A stretch of 64,000 nt of DNA from Sedimentisphaerales bacterium (GTDB lineage Bacteria > Planctomycetota > Phycisphaerae > Sedimentisphaerales > SM23-30): the NCBI GenBank assembly GCA_963666285.1, contig OY762711.1. One strand, written 5' to 3'. The position numbers and the translations under genes were made by a program. The stretch's first letter is position 1. The number at the start of each line of letters is the position of its first letter. This document shows positions 11,361-22,500 of the stretch, piece after piece. The notes beneath the pieces are model-generated. The model was given only the letters and a program-made list of their open reading frames with translations, made no database searches and was not told the origin of the DNA.

Positions 11361-12182
11361 ATGACTCAACAAGATAATATGCATAGTAATACAAAAAATA
11401 CCACTATAGTACGATGTGAAAATATATCTTTTCTCCGCGGAGATAAAGAAATATTACAAAACGTTTCATGGGAAATTGAGCCAGGCGAAAACTGGGCGAT
11501 TCTAGGCGCCAATGGTTCCGGCAAAACTACATTTCTAAAAATTATCACTGGTTATGAATGGCCGACCAAAGGCAAAGTAGCTGTTTTAGGCAATGAATAT
11601 GGCAAATGCCAGCTGCATCAGGTACGTAAAATGATCGGTTGGGTAAGTAATAACATATCCACAATAGTACCACATAAAGACACCGCAATCGAAATAGTTA
11701 CATCCGGCATAGAAGCGTCTATAGGGCTGTATCGACAATACAGTGAAGAGGAATTTGAACGAGCTATGGCATCTTTGGAGATGCTTTCTTCAGCTTATAT
11801 TGCCAACCAGAAATATGCCACACTTTCGCAGGGCGAGCAGCAGCGAACACTTATAGCCAGAGCGTTGATAAATAAGCCTAAACTTCTAGTACTGGATGAA
11901 CCTTGCAGCGGGCTTGACCCGGCAGCCAGAGAGCATTTTCTCAAGGACATTCAAAGCATGGCTAACCATCCTAACGCCCCGGGGATAATCTATGTTACCC
12001 ACCACATCGATGAACTACGGGAATGGATTAACAATGTTCTGGTTATCAAATCAGGTAAGCTACTTGCCGCCGGTAATAAAAACTGCGTCTTAACAGATGA
12101 AATTCTCAGCCAGGCATTTGACTGCAAATGCAGAGTATTAAATAAAAGCGATAATTATTCCCTAATAATTGAGAATATTTAA
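11361..12182 (+). CDS. ABC transporter ATP-binding protein (ModF/YlmA-like)
   Basis: GANGSGKT, LSQGEQQR, LVLDEP, VTHH. Confidence 0.9.
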   Translation: MTQQDNMHSNTKNTTIVRCENISFLRGDKEILQNVSWEIEPGENWAILGANGSGKTTFLKIITGYEWPTKGKVAVLGNEYGKCQLHQVRKMIGWVSNNISTIVPHKDTAIEIVTSGIEASIGLYRQYSEEEFERAMASLEMLSSAYIANQKYATLSQGEQQRTLIARALINKPKLLVLDEPCSGLDPAAREHFLKDIQSMANHPNAPGIIYVTHHIDELREWINNVLVIKSGKLLAAGNKNCVLTDEILSQAFDCKCRVLNKSDNYSLIIENI

Positions 12183-12246
12183 GCCAGCCTTTCATCTTAT
12201 TATTCAAGCCATAGTCTCTTTCCAAACAATCTCCAGAAAATGAATC

Positions 12247-13845
12247 CTAATTCAGCTTTCGAACCATGACTTCAATATCCTTCCGGTCTTCAAGCAGTTT
12301 CAATAATCCATTTACATCTGTTTTTCCATAATGGTAGGGATAAAGCATTTTAGGCTTAAACGACTTTGCGGCATCAGCAACCATTTCCGGGGTCATTGTA
12401 TACGGCTGATTCATCGGCAGAAAAGCAATATCAACCCCCTGCAATGTCTTCATTTCAGGTATAATTTCAGTATCGCCGGCTATATACACCTTAGTTCCGT
12501 CAAAATCAAGAATATAGCCGTTTCCCCTGCCTTTGGGATGATAAGGTTCGCCATCAGAACGCTTACTAATAATATTATAAGCAGGTACCGCTTTAACAGT
12601 AATACCCTCGTACAACGGGCGACTATCGCCATTTTTCATTAAAATACCATCGGCAATCTTCGCTTTGCATGAATCTGTCATAATAATACGACAATTATCC
12701 TGTCGAGCCTGCTCCACAGCCTTTGGGTCAAGATGATCTGCATGTTCATGAGTTATAAGAATAACATCAGCCTTAGGCAACTTTGAATAATCAGCCAGCC
12801 TGGACCACGGGTCAATATGGAATATTTTTTCATGGTATTTAATCATTAATGTGCCGTGACCGATAAAGGTAATTGCCATCTTCCCTGCATCAGTTTCAAT
12901 AATATCAGTTTTAAAACCGGCAACAGAATCAGACTTACTAAGAGTACGCTGAAAAAACTCGATAACAGGGTCATTAACACCTTCAATACCCCAAAATCCA
13001 TGACCGCCGCCTTTTACGACTATCAATTTAACATCACAACCTGATTCGTTTAGTTTATCGTTTAGTAATTGACTTTGCTTTAAAGGAACAATATTATCCT
13101 TGTCACCATGCATAATTAAAAAGGGAACTGCATCTTTATTGACATGTGTTAACGGGCTGGCCAGTTCTGCGACATGTTTTTTTTCAGATAGTGTGCCGCC
13201 AAGTAATCTATCCATAGGCGAAGTTCCATTTTTAAATATTTTATTGGATTCGGGATCATTCGGCATAGACAGTAATTCTGACGGTCCATACCAATCACAT
13301 ACCGCCTGAACATCACTTGAAGTATCCAGGTGTTCGCCAACAGTACCTTCGAGCTCCTTATTACCATTTGTTGTGCCCAACAGAGCAACCAGATGACCGC
13401 CTGCTGAATCGCCCCAAACACCAATGTGATCAGGATCAATGCCATATTGGTCAGCATTAGCCCGGAGATATCTAATAGCGGCCTTGCAATCGTAAATTTG
13501 GGCCGGAAATATGCCGACATCAGTCAGACGATAGTTAATACTGGCAACAGCAAAACCATGATTGAGCAAAGGCAAAGCAAGACAGAAATCCTTGCTGCCG
13601 GCCTCCCAGGCACCACCGTGTATAAAAACCACCAGCGGCATCGGAGCTTCAGCTTTTGGGGTAATGTATAAGTCCAGGGCCAAATCCATATTATCCACTG
13701 TCGCATAAGTGATATTTTTTTTCACAGTAATATCTTTACTATAAGGCTGGGCCTTACAGAAACACCAGCTGCCGGATATGAGAATAATTGAAATAGAAAA
13801 GTAAATTGAAAATTTCTTATAAAAGTTGTTATTTAACATAGCCAT
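12247..13845 (-). CDS. Fusion of alpha/beta-hydrolase esterase and metallo-beta-lactamase-fold hydrolase
   Basis: HGGAW, GDSAGG, HGDKD..VP, GGH; then THEHADH, YHPKG, IAGDT, PMNQPYTM, YPYHY. Confidence 0.85.
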   Translation of the reverse strand: MAMLNNNFYKKFSIYFSISIILISGSWCFCKAQPYSKDITVKKNITYATVDNMDLALDLYITPKAEAPMPLVVFIHGGAWEAGSKDFCLALPLLNHGFAVASINYRLTDVGIFPAQIYDCKAAIRYLRANADQYGIDPDHIGVWGDSAGGHLVALLGTTNGNKELEGTVGEHLDTSSDVQAVCDWYGPSELLSMPNDPESNKIFKNGTSPMDRLLGGTLSEKKHVAELASPLTHVNKDAVPFLIMHGDKDNIVPLKQSQLLNDKLNESGCDVKLIVVKGGGHGFWGIEGVNDPVIEFFQRTLSKSDSVAGFKTDIIETDAGKMAITFIGHGTLMIKYHEKIFHIDPWSRLADYSKLPKADVILITHEHADHLDPKAVEQARQDNCRIIMTDSCKAKIADGILMKNGDSRPLYEGITVKAVPAYNIISKRSDGEPYHPKGRGNGYILDFDGTKVYIAGDTEIIPEMKTLQGVDIAFLPMNQPYTMTPEMVADAAKSFKPKMLYPYHYGKTDVNGLLKLLEDRKDIEVMVRKLN

Positions 13846-13985
13846 ATATCTCCTTTTGTGAACATGCCTTAACTAGCAGTAATATTTGATGTTGGTTTAA
13901 GCGATTGCATAATTGCATCTTTTCATATATATTGACGTTATTGTGTTTAGAAGTCAATAATTGTTTTCAATGAACAGGAGCTGAT

Positions 13986-15077
13986 ATGTCAAAAACCAAG
14001 AACTACTTCAAATCGACATATGCTATAATTTCAGCACTCATATGTATGTTTATTTCCGGATGCTCACAACTAAATCAAAATAGAAACCCTATTGCCAATG
14101 ATAAAAATATGGAAGCATACCTGCTGACATATTTCTCAGATGATACTCACAGCCTGCATTTCGCATTGAGTACAGACGGCTATACTTTTACGGCAGTAAA
14201 TAACGGAAAACCTGTTATTGACGGCAAAACCATTGCCAGCCAGAAAGGCATTCGCGACCCACATATCACCCGCGGACCAGACGGTGCTTTTTACCTGGCA
14301 ATGACTGACCTGCATATATTTGCTAAAAGAGAAGGATTGCGTGATACGGAATGGGAAAGACCGGGAGAAAAATACGACTGGGGCAATAATCAAGGTTTTG
14401 TCCTGATGAAATCATTTGACCTGATAAACTGGACCCACCATAACGTTTTGTTAACCAGGGAATTTCCGGAACTAAAAGAGATGGGTTGTGCCTGGGCACC
14501 AGAAACAATCTACGACCCGGAAGCCAAGAAAATGATGTTGTATTTCACAATGAGAATGGGGCACGGACTGACTAAGCTGTACTATGCTTATACCGACGAC
14601 GATTTCACAAAACTTACCACCCTGCCGCAGCCGCTTTTCGAGTATCCAAACCCGAAAATTCAGATACTGGATGCAGATATTACCCCTCTGCCGGATGGAC
14701 GCTACTGTATGATGTACGTGGCCCAGGAAAATCCCGGCGGTATCAAGATGGCATTCTCTGACAGCATTAACAAAGACTATGTATATAAACCTGAACAAGT
14801 TGATTTCGAGCGGGGATCCTGCGAAGCTCCAAATGTCTGGAAACGTATCGGTGAAGATAAATGGGTGCTGATGTATGATATCTTTAGTATTCGCCCGCAC
14901 AATTTCGGTTTTTGCGAGACTAGTGACTTTGTGACTTTTGAAAATCTTGGCCGTTTCAATGAAGGGGTAATGAAAACCACAAATTTCACCTCACCGAAAC
15001 ATGGTGCAGTTATTCCAATTACCAGGAAAGAAGCTGAGACACTGGCAAATCACTGGCAAATGAAACTGGAATTTTAA
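13986..15077 (+). CDS. Glycoside hydrolase family 43 lipoprotein
   Basis: Lipobox ISGC; GIRDP, WAPE, ILDAD, CEAP, SPKHG. Confidence 0.88.
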   Translation: MSKTKNYFKSTYAIISALICMFISGCSQLNQNRNPIANDKNMEAYLLTYFSDDTHSLHFALSTDGYTFTAVNNGKPVIDGKTIASQKGIRDPHITRGPDGAFYLAMTDLHIFAKREGLRDTEWERPGEKYDWGNNQGFVLMKSFDLINWTHHNVLLTREFPELKEMGCAWAPETIYDPEAKKMMLYFTMRMGHGLTKLYYAYTDDDFTKLTTLPQPLFEYPNPKIQILDADITPLPDGRYCMMYVAQENPGGIKMAFSDSINKDYVYKPEQVDFERGSCEAPNVWKRIGEDKWVLMYDIFSIRPHNFGFCETSDFVTFENLGRFNEGVMKTTNFTSPKHGAVIPITRKEAETLANHWQMKLEF

Positions 15078-15097
15078 TTTTTTGTACGGATTGAAAA

Positions 15098-16087
15098 ATG
15101 AAAAAGATTATTGTTGCACTAATATTAGTATTTATCCTACCACCGGCATATTCTCAATTCAAAAGGTTTGAACCAAAAGAGAATATAGAACTGAACTCTA
15201 TAAGGCTGAGCGATCCCTGCATCCTGGCAGATAAAGATACTTCTACTTACTATATGACCGGTACCGGCGGCATGATGTGGAAAAGTAATGACCTGAGGAA
15301 ATGGGATGGTCCTTACAAAGTTGCAGAAACCGATCCGGATTCATGGATGGGACCGAGACCGATGATCTGGGCCGCGGAACTGCATGCCTATAAGGGCAAA
15401 TACTATTATTTTGCGACTTTTACCAACAGGGACGTTGTTATCGATACGGTTAAAGGAAACGCTATCAACCGACGCGCAAGCCATGTACTGGTCAGTGATA
15501 AGCCTGACGGCCCTTATGTGCCAATGGCAGACCCTATCTATCTGCCGGCTGATAAACCAACCCTGGACGGTACATTCTGGGTCGATACAGACGGTAAGCC
15601 ATATATGGTCTACTGCTATGAATGGCTGCAAAACTGGAACGGGACAATCGAAAAGATTGAATTAAAGCCGGATTTAAGCGGCAGCATCGGGCAAAGGAAA
15701 ATACTGTTTTTTGCCAGCGATTGTCCATGGAGCAAGACAAGAGACCAATACGACAGGTATCTATTCAACAAAGTAACCGACGGACCTTACCTGTTTAAGA
15801 CTCAAACCGGCAAACTGGGCATGATATGGACCAGCTGGGTAATGGGCGATTATACCCAAGGTGCGGCATATTCAGAAAGCAGCACACTGGACGGGCCCTG
15901 GATACAGGAAAAAGAACCAATTACCCCGCCAAACTTCGGACACGGCATGCTGTTTCGCACTTTTGATGGCAAACTGCTAATTAGTGTCCACAGCCATAAG
16001 GAAGAAAACGGACGAACAATTCGAATTCCACACCTATTTGAAGTTGATGATTCAGGTGATAAGATCGTTGTGGGCAAGGAATATTGA
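15098..16087 (+). CDS. Glycoside hydrolase family 43
   Basis: LSDPCI, WAAE, TLDGT, VTDGP, FGHGM. Confidence 0.88.
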   Translation: MKKIIVALILVFILPPAYSQFKRFEPKENIELNSIRLSDPCILADKDTSTYYMTGTGGMMWKSNDLRKWDGPYKVAETDPDSWMGPRPMIWAAELHAYKGKYYYFATFTNRDVVIDTVKGNAINRRASHVLVSDKPDGPYVPMADPIYLPADKPTLDGTFWVDTDGKPYMVYCYEWLQNWNGTIEKIELKPDLSGSIGQRKILFFASDCPWSKTRDQYDRYLFNKVTDGPYLFKTQTGKLGMIWTSWVMGDYTQGAAYSESSTLDGPWIQEKEPITPPNFGHGMLFRTFDGKLLISVHSHKEENGRTIRIPHLFEVDDSGDKIVVGKEY

Positions 16088-16110
16088 TATCGACCTGTTA
16101 GCTCAAGATT

Positions 16111-16449
16111 TTACACCTTGCGCACAAATTCAGACTTGAGCATCATCGCGCCGAAACCGTCAATTTTGCAGTCGATATTATGGTCGCCCTCTACCAGCCT
16201 GATATTTTTGACCTTTGTACCTGCCTTTATACGTGAGCTTGACCCCTTAACCGGCAGATCCTTTATCAAGCTGACAGTGTCGCCGTCAGAAAGAATATTG
16301 CCGCTTGCATCCTTGAATACCGGGCCAGACGGTTCGGCTTCAATGGTCTCAGGATTCCATTCATAGCCGCATTCCGGGCAAACAACGAAATCTCTATCCT
16401 GATAGGTATAGTCACAATTACATTTTGGGCAGGCGGGTACTTCGCTCAT
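16111..16449 (-). CDS. yjdM: Zinc-ribbon protein PhnA/YjdM
   Basis: [49 protein letters not shown]; start moved to MSEVP. Confidence 0.92.
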   Translation of the reverse strand: MSEVPACPKCNCDYTYQDRDFVVCPECGYEWNPETIEAEPSGPVFKDASGNILSDGDTVSLIKDLPVKGSSSRIKAGTKVKNIRLVEGDHNIDCKIDGFGAMMLKSEFVRKV

Positions 16450-16849
16450 AATCTTTCTTCTTTCTCTCTTAATATCAACGGCTCTACAGCTTTCTTCAGC
16501 TTCGCAAAAGTCTATAATATAACATATTTCGCTGAAAATGTCACTAAAATTGGCATTTTGAGTTTGAAATACGGGCACCCTGCTGTATTTCCCTATAAAC
16601 GAAATAGTCGCGTCATTACCATCCGATAAAGCCGGTCGTGTCAGTTATCTTCGACAATCAACTGCCCTGAATCCACATATGCGATTCTCTTTTTACCTTT
16701 ATAAATGCCCTGAATTGCCGGGCGACTATTGTGAACTGTAGCCGCAGGCTGTTGACCGCCAAAAGAAACCGGCTTACCAATCAGAGCAAAACCGCCTTCT
16801 GCCGGCTTATAAAATGCTGCAACATACTGTCTATCAGGGTTTTGACAGA

Positions 16850-17056
16850 TTAGCGTCTTGCCGTTCTCCTGCGAATAACCATCCTCCAGATGATAAGCAG
16901 TATGTACACCCCAACAACGCCGAGACTGGCCGCCAGGGACGAATGGGTTTCTAACAAATCATCAGTTCCAGAAATAACCACCGGATATTCTGGAATATTA
17001 CTGCAGGATGCTAAAAATGTTAGAAACACAAGAATTATTAATGTATAAATCTTCAT
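16850..17056 (-). CDS. Small membrane lipoprotein-like protein
   Basis: SD GGAGG, signal-like segment with SC, C-terminal TM helix and basic tail. Confidence 0.55.
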   Translation of the reverse strand: MKIYTLIILVFLTFLASCSNIPEYPVVISGTDDLLETHSSLAASLGVVGVYILLIIWRMVIRRRTARR

Positions 17057-17176
17057 ATTGACCTCCAAAAAACATCAAGATTTTTTGAATTCAGATACAG
17101 GATTATACACCCTATGCGGCGTAAAACTCCCTGTCCTACACTAGTTATATAATTATTCATATTTGAAACTTTAGTT

Positions 17177-19546
17177 TTATCTTGTCATTGAATACGGCCT
17201 GGCTTCCTGCGACACCGCCCATTTTCGATTGGGAACAGGCCCCATATTGAAAATCAGCTTCCCACCGGCAACTATCTCTTTATGCCACAGATAGCATCGT
17301 TCCAGAGACCTGCCATTGAGAGTCACGGACTGAATATATATATTATCAGTAGTCAGCTCTTTTGCCTCAATAACAAATTGTTTATTATTTTCCAGATTGA
17401 TCACGGCCTTATCAACACAAGGACTGCCAATGACGTACTGGCTACTACCAGGAGCTACAGGATAGAAGCCCAGGCAGCTAAACAGATACCACGCCGACAT
17501 CTGACCACAATCGTCATTACCACACAAACCGTCAAATGTCGGTTTGTACATAGTGTTAACAATTTGATGCACACGCTCTTGTGTCTTCCATGGCTGGCCT
17601 GCATAGCAATACAAATACGGTACGTGATGGCTGGGCTCATTGCCATGCACATAATTACCGATCATGCCCACACGTGTGACATCCTCACTGCCGGCTATAT
17701 CCTCGTCAGAAACTTCCATTGTAAATAGAGTATCCAACCATGTTACCAGCTTTTGGTCTCCGCCAAGCAGTTGGATAAATCCCTTTGGATCATGCGGAAC
17801 ATAGAGTGAATAGTTCCAGGCATTACCTTCAATATAACCCTGGCCATGGGTACTCATCGGGTCAAATGGTGTTTTGAACGAACCATCGGATAACCTGGCA
17901 CGTATAAATCCAGTTTTCGGATCAAAAATATTTTTGTAGCTGTTAGCTCGTTTGTAAAATTCTTCGGCAACGTCATGCTTACCAGTTTTTTCGGCAAATT
18001 GAGCTATAGTCCAGTCATCATAAGCATACTCCAGGGTCTTGGAAGCGGAGCTGCCGCTCTTATCTTCAGGGACATAACCACACTTTTCATAGGCATCGAT
18101 CCCGTCATAAGGACCGTATGTAGCACTGGAGACTACCGCTTCAAATGCAGTGTCAATGTCAAAGCCGCCAATGCCCTTCATGTAAGCATCCACGATCACC
18201 GGCACCGCGTGGTAACCAATCATGCACCAGTTGTCATTAGCATAATGAGACCATACCGGCAAAATCTTATGTACGCTCTGCTGGTAATGGGCCAGCATAG
18301 AGTTGACCATATCGCCAGTACGCTTCTGCTGTACTATTGTAAAAAATGGATGGAGAGCTCGGTAGGTATCCCACAGGGAAAAGATGGTGTAATTGGTAAA
18401 ATCCTTCGGCTGATGAATGTTTTGATCCAGCCCGCGATATTGGCCATCTACATCCGCATAGATAATCGGACTCAGAAAGCTGTGATACAGTGATGTGTAA
18501 AAGCTGACCATCCGGTCTTTAGAACCTCTCACCTGTATTTTAGACAGTTCCCGGTTCCACTTATCTCGAGCAGATGCAGCCACTTTTTCAAAATTCCATC
18601 CCGGCATCTCTTCACGCAGGTTGTTCATCGCCCCCTGGCTGCTCACCGGTGACAAAGCAACCTTAACCAGAACTTCTGAACTATTCCTGGTATCAAAGTC
18701 AAAGTGACACTTGAGTTTTTTACCGGTACGTTCCGGAAAATTGTCATCCAGCTTAAACTTGCGCCACCAGCCGGTATATGTCTCCCGCTCATCATTTTTC
18801 AAACCGTAAGAGATAAACGGTTGAGAAAATTCCATGGCAAAATAGACATAGCGGGTACGGGCCCAGCCATTAGTCTGACGGAAGCCCGTGATCAGATGGT
18901 CATTTTCCACCCGGACAGAAGACCAGACCACCTTGCCGTCGTAGTTATAGATACCCGCGGTCATATCCAGGATAACATGAGCATCGGCCCCCTTGGGAAA
19001 TGTCACCTTATGCAGACCAACACGTTCGGTTGCAGTCAGTTCAACGTCAATATCATAGTCGTCCAGATGCACCGAATAGTAACCGGGTTTTGCAGTTTCC
19101 TTGTCATGGGAAAACCGGCTTCGATAGCCTGTCTCAGGAGCTTCCCGGGTGCCCGGCTCTAATTGCAGCGGTCCCACTGTCGGCATAACCAGCAAATCTC
19201 CCAGGTCAGAGTGGCCCGTACCACTGAAATGCGTGTGACTGAACCCAACAATCGTGCTATCCTGATATTGATAGCCCGCACAATAGGCATAAGCGTTGGG
19301 ATTATAGCCGTTGCCCAGGCTGTAAGGCTGAATATCTGTGTCCGGGCTAAGCTGCACCATACCGAACGGAACAGTAGCTCCAGGATAACAATGCCCCATA
19401 TCGTGGGTTCCAATTATGGGATCGACATAATCTACCGGATTTATCTCCAATCCGGAAGTATTATCGAAACTCTGACACCCTGCCAGAAACATACCCAAAA
19501 CCATCAGCGTCGCACTAAACATACTTTTCATTTTTGTTGCTTTCAA
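17177..19546 (-). CDS. GH92 alpha-1,2-mannosidase (lipoprotein)
   Basis: PGATVPFGMVQLSPDT, FSHTHFSGTG, SLWDTYR, HGNEPSHH, GNDDCGQMSAWY. Confidence 0.95.
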   Translation of the reverse strand: MKATKMKSMFSATLMVLGMFLAGCQSFDNTSGLEINPVDYVDPIIGTHDMGHCYPGATVPFGMVQLSPDTDIQPYSLGNGYNPNAYAYCAGYQYQDSTIVGFSHTHFSGTGHSDLGDLLVMPTVGPLQLEPGTREAPETGYRSRFSHDKETAKPGYYSVHLDDYDIDVELTATERVGLHKVTFPKGADAHVILDMTAGIYNYDGKVVWSSVRVENDHLITGFRQTNGWARTRYVYFAMEFSQPFISYGLKNDERETYTGWWRKFKLDDNFPERTGKKLKCHFDFDTRNSSEVLVKVALSPVSSQGAMNNLREEMPGWNFEKVAASARDKWNRELSKIQVRGSKDRMVSFYTSLYHSFLSPIIYADVDGQYRGLDQNIHQPKDFTNYTIFSLWDTYRALHPFFTIVQQKRTGDMVNSMLAHYQQSVHKILPVWSHYANDNWCMIGYHAVPVIVDAYMKGIGGFDIDTAFEAVVSSATYGPYDGIDAYEKCGYVPEDKSGSSASKTLEYAYDDWTIAQFAEKTGKHDVAEEFYKRANSYKNIFDPKTGFIRARLSDGSFKTPFDPMSTHGQGYIEGNAWNYSLYVPHDPKGFIQLLGGDQKLVTWLDTLFTMEVSDEDIAGSEDVTRVGMIGNYVHGNEPSHHVPYLYCYAGQPWKTQERVHQIVNTMYKPTFDGLCGNDDCGQMSAWYLFSCLGFYPVAPGSSQYVIGSPCVDKAVINLENNKQFVIEAKELTTDNIYIQSVTLNGRSLERCYLWHKEIVAGGKLIFNMGPVPNRKWAVSQEARPYSMTR

Positions 19547-19871
19547 ATATAAGTAATGTGAATTTTAACTATCCGAGCCGCTTTTGCACACTCTAACCGA
19601 CTCTTTACAAATCTTTTTTTCAGAGTAAATTATAACAATTTTGCAGGTTAATACAAGCAGGATAATTCCACAACACTGCGGCCGGGTGCATCCCTTGCCG
19701 GAAGTAAAATATGTTGTGGATCGATGGTAGTTGGATTATAATCATTATCGGTCGCATCGTTCACTGGCATATATGCCCCGGCAGCGTTCGCTCAGTTATG
19801 TGTCGAAACCAGCTGCTGCAAGGATAACACTAAGCCGGAGAAAATGGAACTGAATTAAGGAGTCAATAAGA

Positions 19872-20879
19872 ATGGATGCATGGATTAAGGATTTGATGGA
19901 AGACTTAAAAAACTCAATGCGAAAAACTGAGTTTAGTGGTGTTGTTTCTTTGAATGGGCCGGGCTTTGATGGCTTTATCGATGCGTTGGGTTATCGTAAT
20001 GTCGCGGAACAGTTACAAAACAATCCGCAAACTCGTTTTGGCATTGCCTCCGGGACAAAGCTTTTCACTGCTCTAGGGATAGGTAGACTCATTGAAAAAG
20101 GTGCTCTTTCTTTTGAAACAAAAGTCGCTGACATAGATAAAAGCTATTGTGGGTTTGTGGATCCGGATGCAACGATTGAAGAGCTACTCACTCATACTTC
20201 TGGAATTTTTGACTACTTGGATGAAGAAATCATTGAAGACTTCGAAAATTTCTTTGTAAAAATCCCCTGGAACAAGCTGGAATCTCCTACTGATTATTTT
20301 CCTTTATTTGAATTTGAAAAGAAGAAATTCAATCATGGCCAAAGGTTTTCTTATTCAAACGGAGGCTATGTCTTTTTAGGGATCGTGATCGAAAAAATAG
20401 CGAAAATGAAATATGCTGATTTCATGGAACAGGAAGTCCTTGGCCCCGGTAAGATGAGTAGAAGCGGTTTTTTTGCTTTTAACGATTTGCCTCACAATAC
20501 CGCACTTGGCTATAAAAAGAACTCTACACAGACCAATGTTTATAACCTGCCAATACGTGGAGGTGGTGACGGAGGCATGTATACTACCTGTGAAGATTTG
20601 GAGAATTTTTGGAATGCCCTGTTTAATTTTGATATTTTATCTCCCGGGCTAACAAATACGTTTTTAGAAACAAAACACCGGTTTAATGAAAAGAACGGGT
20701 ATGGATGCGGCCTCTACAAGCGTTGTGACGATTCTATCTTTAGAATTGTTGGCGTGGACGCCGGTGTCGGGTTTGAGTCTTTGCATTTGCCGCAGAAAAA
20801 AATTACTATCACCGTTTTTAGTAATGTATCTGGGGGAGAACAGGCTGTCAGAGAAGTGATAAAGAGTCATCTTCCATAA
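19872..20879 (+). CDS. Serine hydrolase, beta-lactamase/AmpC-like family
   Basis: F.IASGTK (SxxK), LLTHTSG, FSYSN. Confidence 0.88.
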   Translation: MDAWIKDLMEDLKNSMRKTEFSGVVSLNGPGFDGFIDALGYRNVAEQLQNNPQTRFGIASGTKLFTALGIGRLIEKGALSFETKVADIDKSYCGFVDPDATIEELLTHTSGIFDYLDEEIIEDFENFFVKIPWNKLESPTDYFPLFEFEKKKFNHGQRFSYSNGGYVFLGIVIEKIAKMKYADFMEQEVLGPGKMSRSGFFAFNDLPHNTALGYKKNSTQTNVYNLPIRGGGDGGMYTTCEDLENFWNALFNFDILSPGLTNTFLETKHRFNEKNGYGCGLYKRCDDSIFRIVGVDAGVGFESLHLPQKKITITVFSNVSGGEQAVREVIKSHLP

Positions 20880-21218
20880 AAGAATCAAAATCTTCGGGCA
20901 AAATTTTGTCTGTTAACCCAATTTACTCAGTGACTCTTTTGCTATTAACCAGCAGATTTGCATGAAAAATAGTAACCCAATGGTTAACAGAGTCATAACA
21001 GATTAACCTTTTTCTGCACACTTGCAAATAATCCAAATTCGTCTATAATAAGCATTAATCGCATGTGACAAGTTTAGAACGCAGCTTATAAACACCCTAT
21101 TCTTATAACAAAATGCCCATTTAGGATTACTTCTCTTATTCACTTGTCAGATTTCCGAATTCAGTGGAACGGGAAGGGAAGTTGCCTTATCTTAAAACCG
21201 TTAAGCGATGCTCTATGG

Positions 21219-21932
21219 TTAATCTCTACCTGGAAGAGAACTGTCATTCTCATTAAAAGATAAAACAAGATTATTGAAGTTGCTATTATACTCAGGCCCC
21301 ACAAAGAAAAAACGATCAATAATTTGCTCCTCTTGTTTATAGCATACATATACAGCCATCGTTATCTCACTTGGAATCGATTTAAAACTAAAGCAACCTG
21401 TTTTAGTTGTGACAGTTTTATATGTCCCAGTGTCCATACTAATATCCATAGCATGGATACTAACAATAGCGTTACTTATTGGATTACCCTTATCGTTTAG
21501 AACTACCCCATTTAACGTATCATAATCAATTTCCAATTCACTATTGATACCATATGAATATATATATTCCTTATCAATTATGGAAACACGGTTTAAAGTA
21601 ACTAATGATATGAGAAAACCAGGATTATCGATCACACTGAAATTAGGTTTATTAAGAAAGTCTGGCCAACTTCTACCTTCCTTCAAACGAACTTCAAGTA
21701 AAGGTGACCAACTTTCAAAATATCGATAATCTACATTTGCAATAACCCCTCGCTTAATATTAAACTTACTATCAACATAAATACATTCTTCACCCACAGA
21801 ATTGTATATTTTTTCTACACAGGGCAAATAACGAAATAATAAGCATGCAAATATATGAAGTAAAAATACTATAACAAGTAGGATAGTAAAAAATACTATA
21901 AACAATTTAATGAATTTAATATTGACTATCAT
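21219..21932 (-). CDS. Hypothetical membrane-anchored protein with carboxypeptidase-regulatory-like domain
   Basis: N-terminal TM; G.VL.DKGNPISNA.V...T.KTGCF.F. Confidence 0.55.
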   Translation of the reverse strand: MIVNIKFIKLFIVFFTILLVIVFLLHIFACLLFRYLPCVEKIYNSVGEECIYVDSKFNIKRGVIANVDYRYFESWSPLLEVRLKEGRSWPDFLNKPNFSVIDNPGFLISLVTLNRVSIIDKEYIYSYGINSELEIDYDTLNGVVLNDKGNPISNAIVSIHAMDISMDTGTYKTVTTKTGCFSFKSIPSEITMAVYVCYKQEEQIIDRFFFVGPEYNSNFNNLVLSFNENDSSLPGRD

Positions 21933-21981
21933 ATTATAAACACCTGTTTTTTAGTAAACTTTTGCACTTTTCATAGTTTAT

Positions 21982-22280
21982 TTAAGCCGCTGGAGCCAGA
22001 GCATCCAGCAGAAACGTATATTTTTTATCATGAACGGCCGAATTACCGAACATATATTTAATTCTTTCGCTTCAAAGCTCCCTTCTGAGGTTAGTAATAG
22101 CATCGGCGAAGCTAGGAGTCTCTTTGTGTTGATACTATGGCTGAACAAAGAAGTATTGTTCATTGGGCTTCTTGGTCAGATACCTCAACCAGACCTTCGA
22201 ATACAGCCAGAGTCCAAGACCTGCGGCTCTTTCTGGACCTTTGCCTTTATATGTCTGAGGCTGTTGAACACCGAGTAACC
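21982..22280 (-). pseudogene. 3' remnant of a DDE transposase (IS701/DDE_5-like)
   Basis: One frame reads LGVQQPQTYKGKGPERAAGLGLWLYS...P*YQHKETPSFADAITNLRREL*SERI...APAA*; two stops fall where Trp is expected. Confidence 0.7.
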
Positions 22281-22500
22281 AGTTTGACATAAAACAAATG
22301 CTTGAAAAAATTCCCAAGCTGGCTAACCTTTTATCTCTGTTTTGGACGTAAGTGTATTTTTTCAACCTGCTGGTTAATAGAGTAGAGTCATTGTTTTTCT
22401 ATTCAGTTTTTAATGAACTATTAATTTGCTGTGATATAGCCGAAAAGCTCTTTCTCTGAGCCGTTCCAAAACTCAACACTGCACTTATTAATGAAGAGAG

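Noticed and set aside
19872..20879. Antibiotic-resistance beta-lactamase
   Set aside because: Generic serine hydrolase with no signal peptide and a non-canonical third motif; activity cannot be inferred
140..20888. Short ORF-track entries antisense to or overlapping long genes (e.g. 3460, 5472, 14472, 17975, 18704)
   Set aside because: Shadow frames of well-supported genes, with no recognisable motifs
21982..22140. Stop-codon reassignment (TGA/TAG read as Trp)
   Set aside because: Both stop types occur in one short transposase fragment while other genes use the standard code; simple decay explains it
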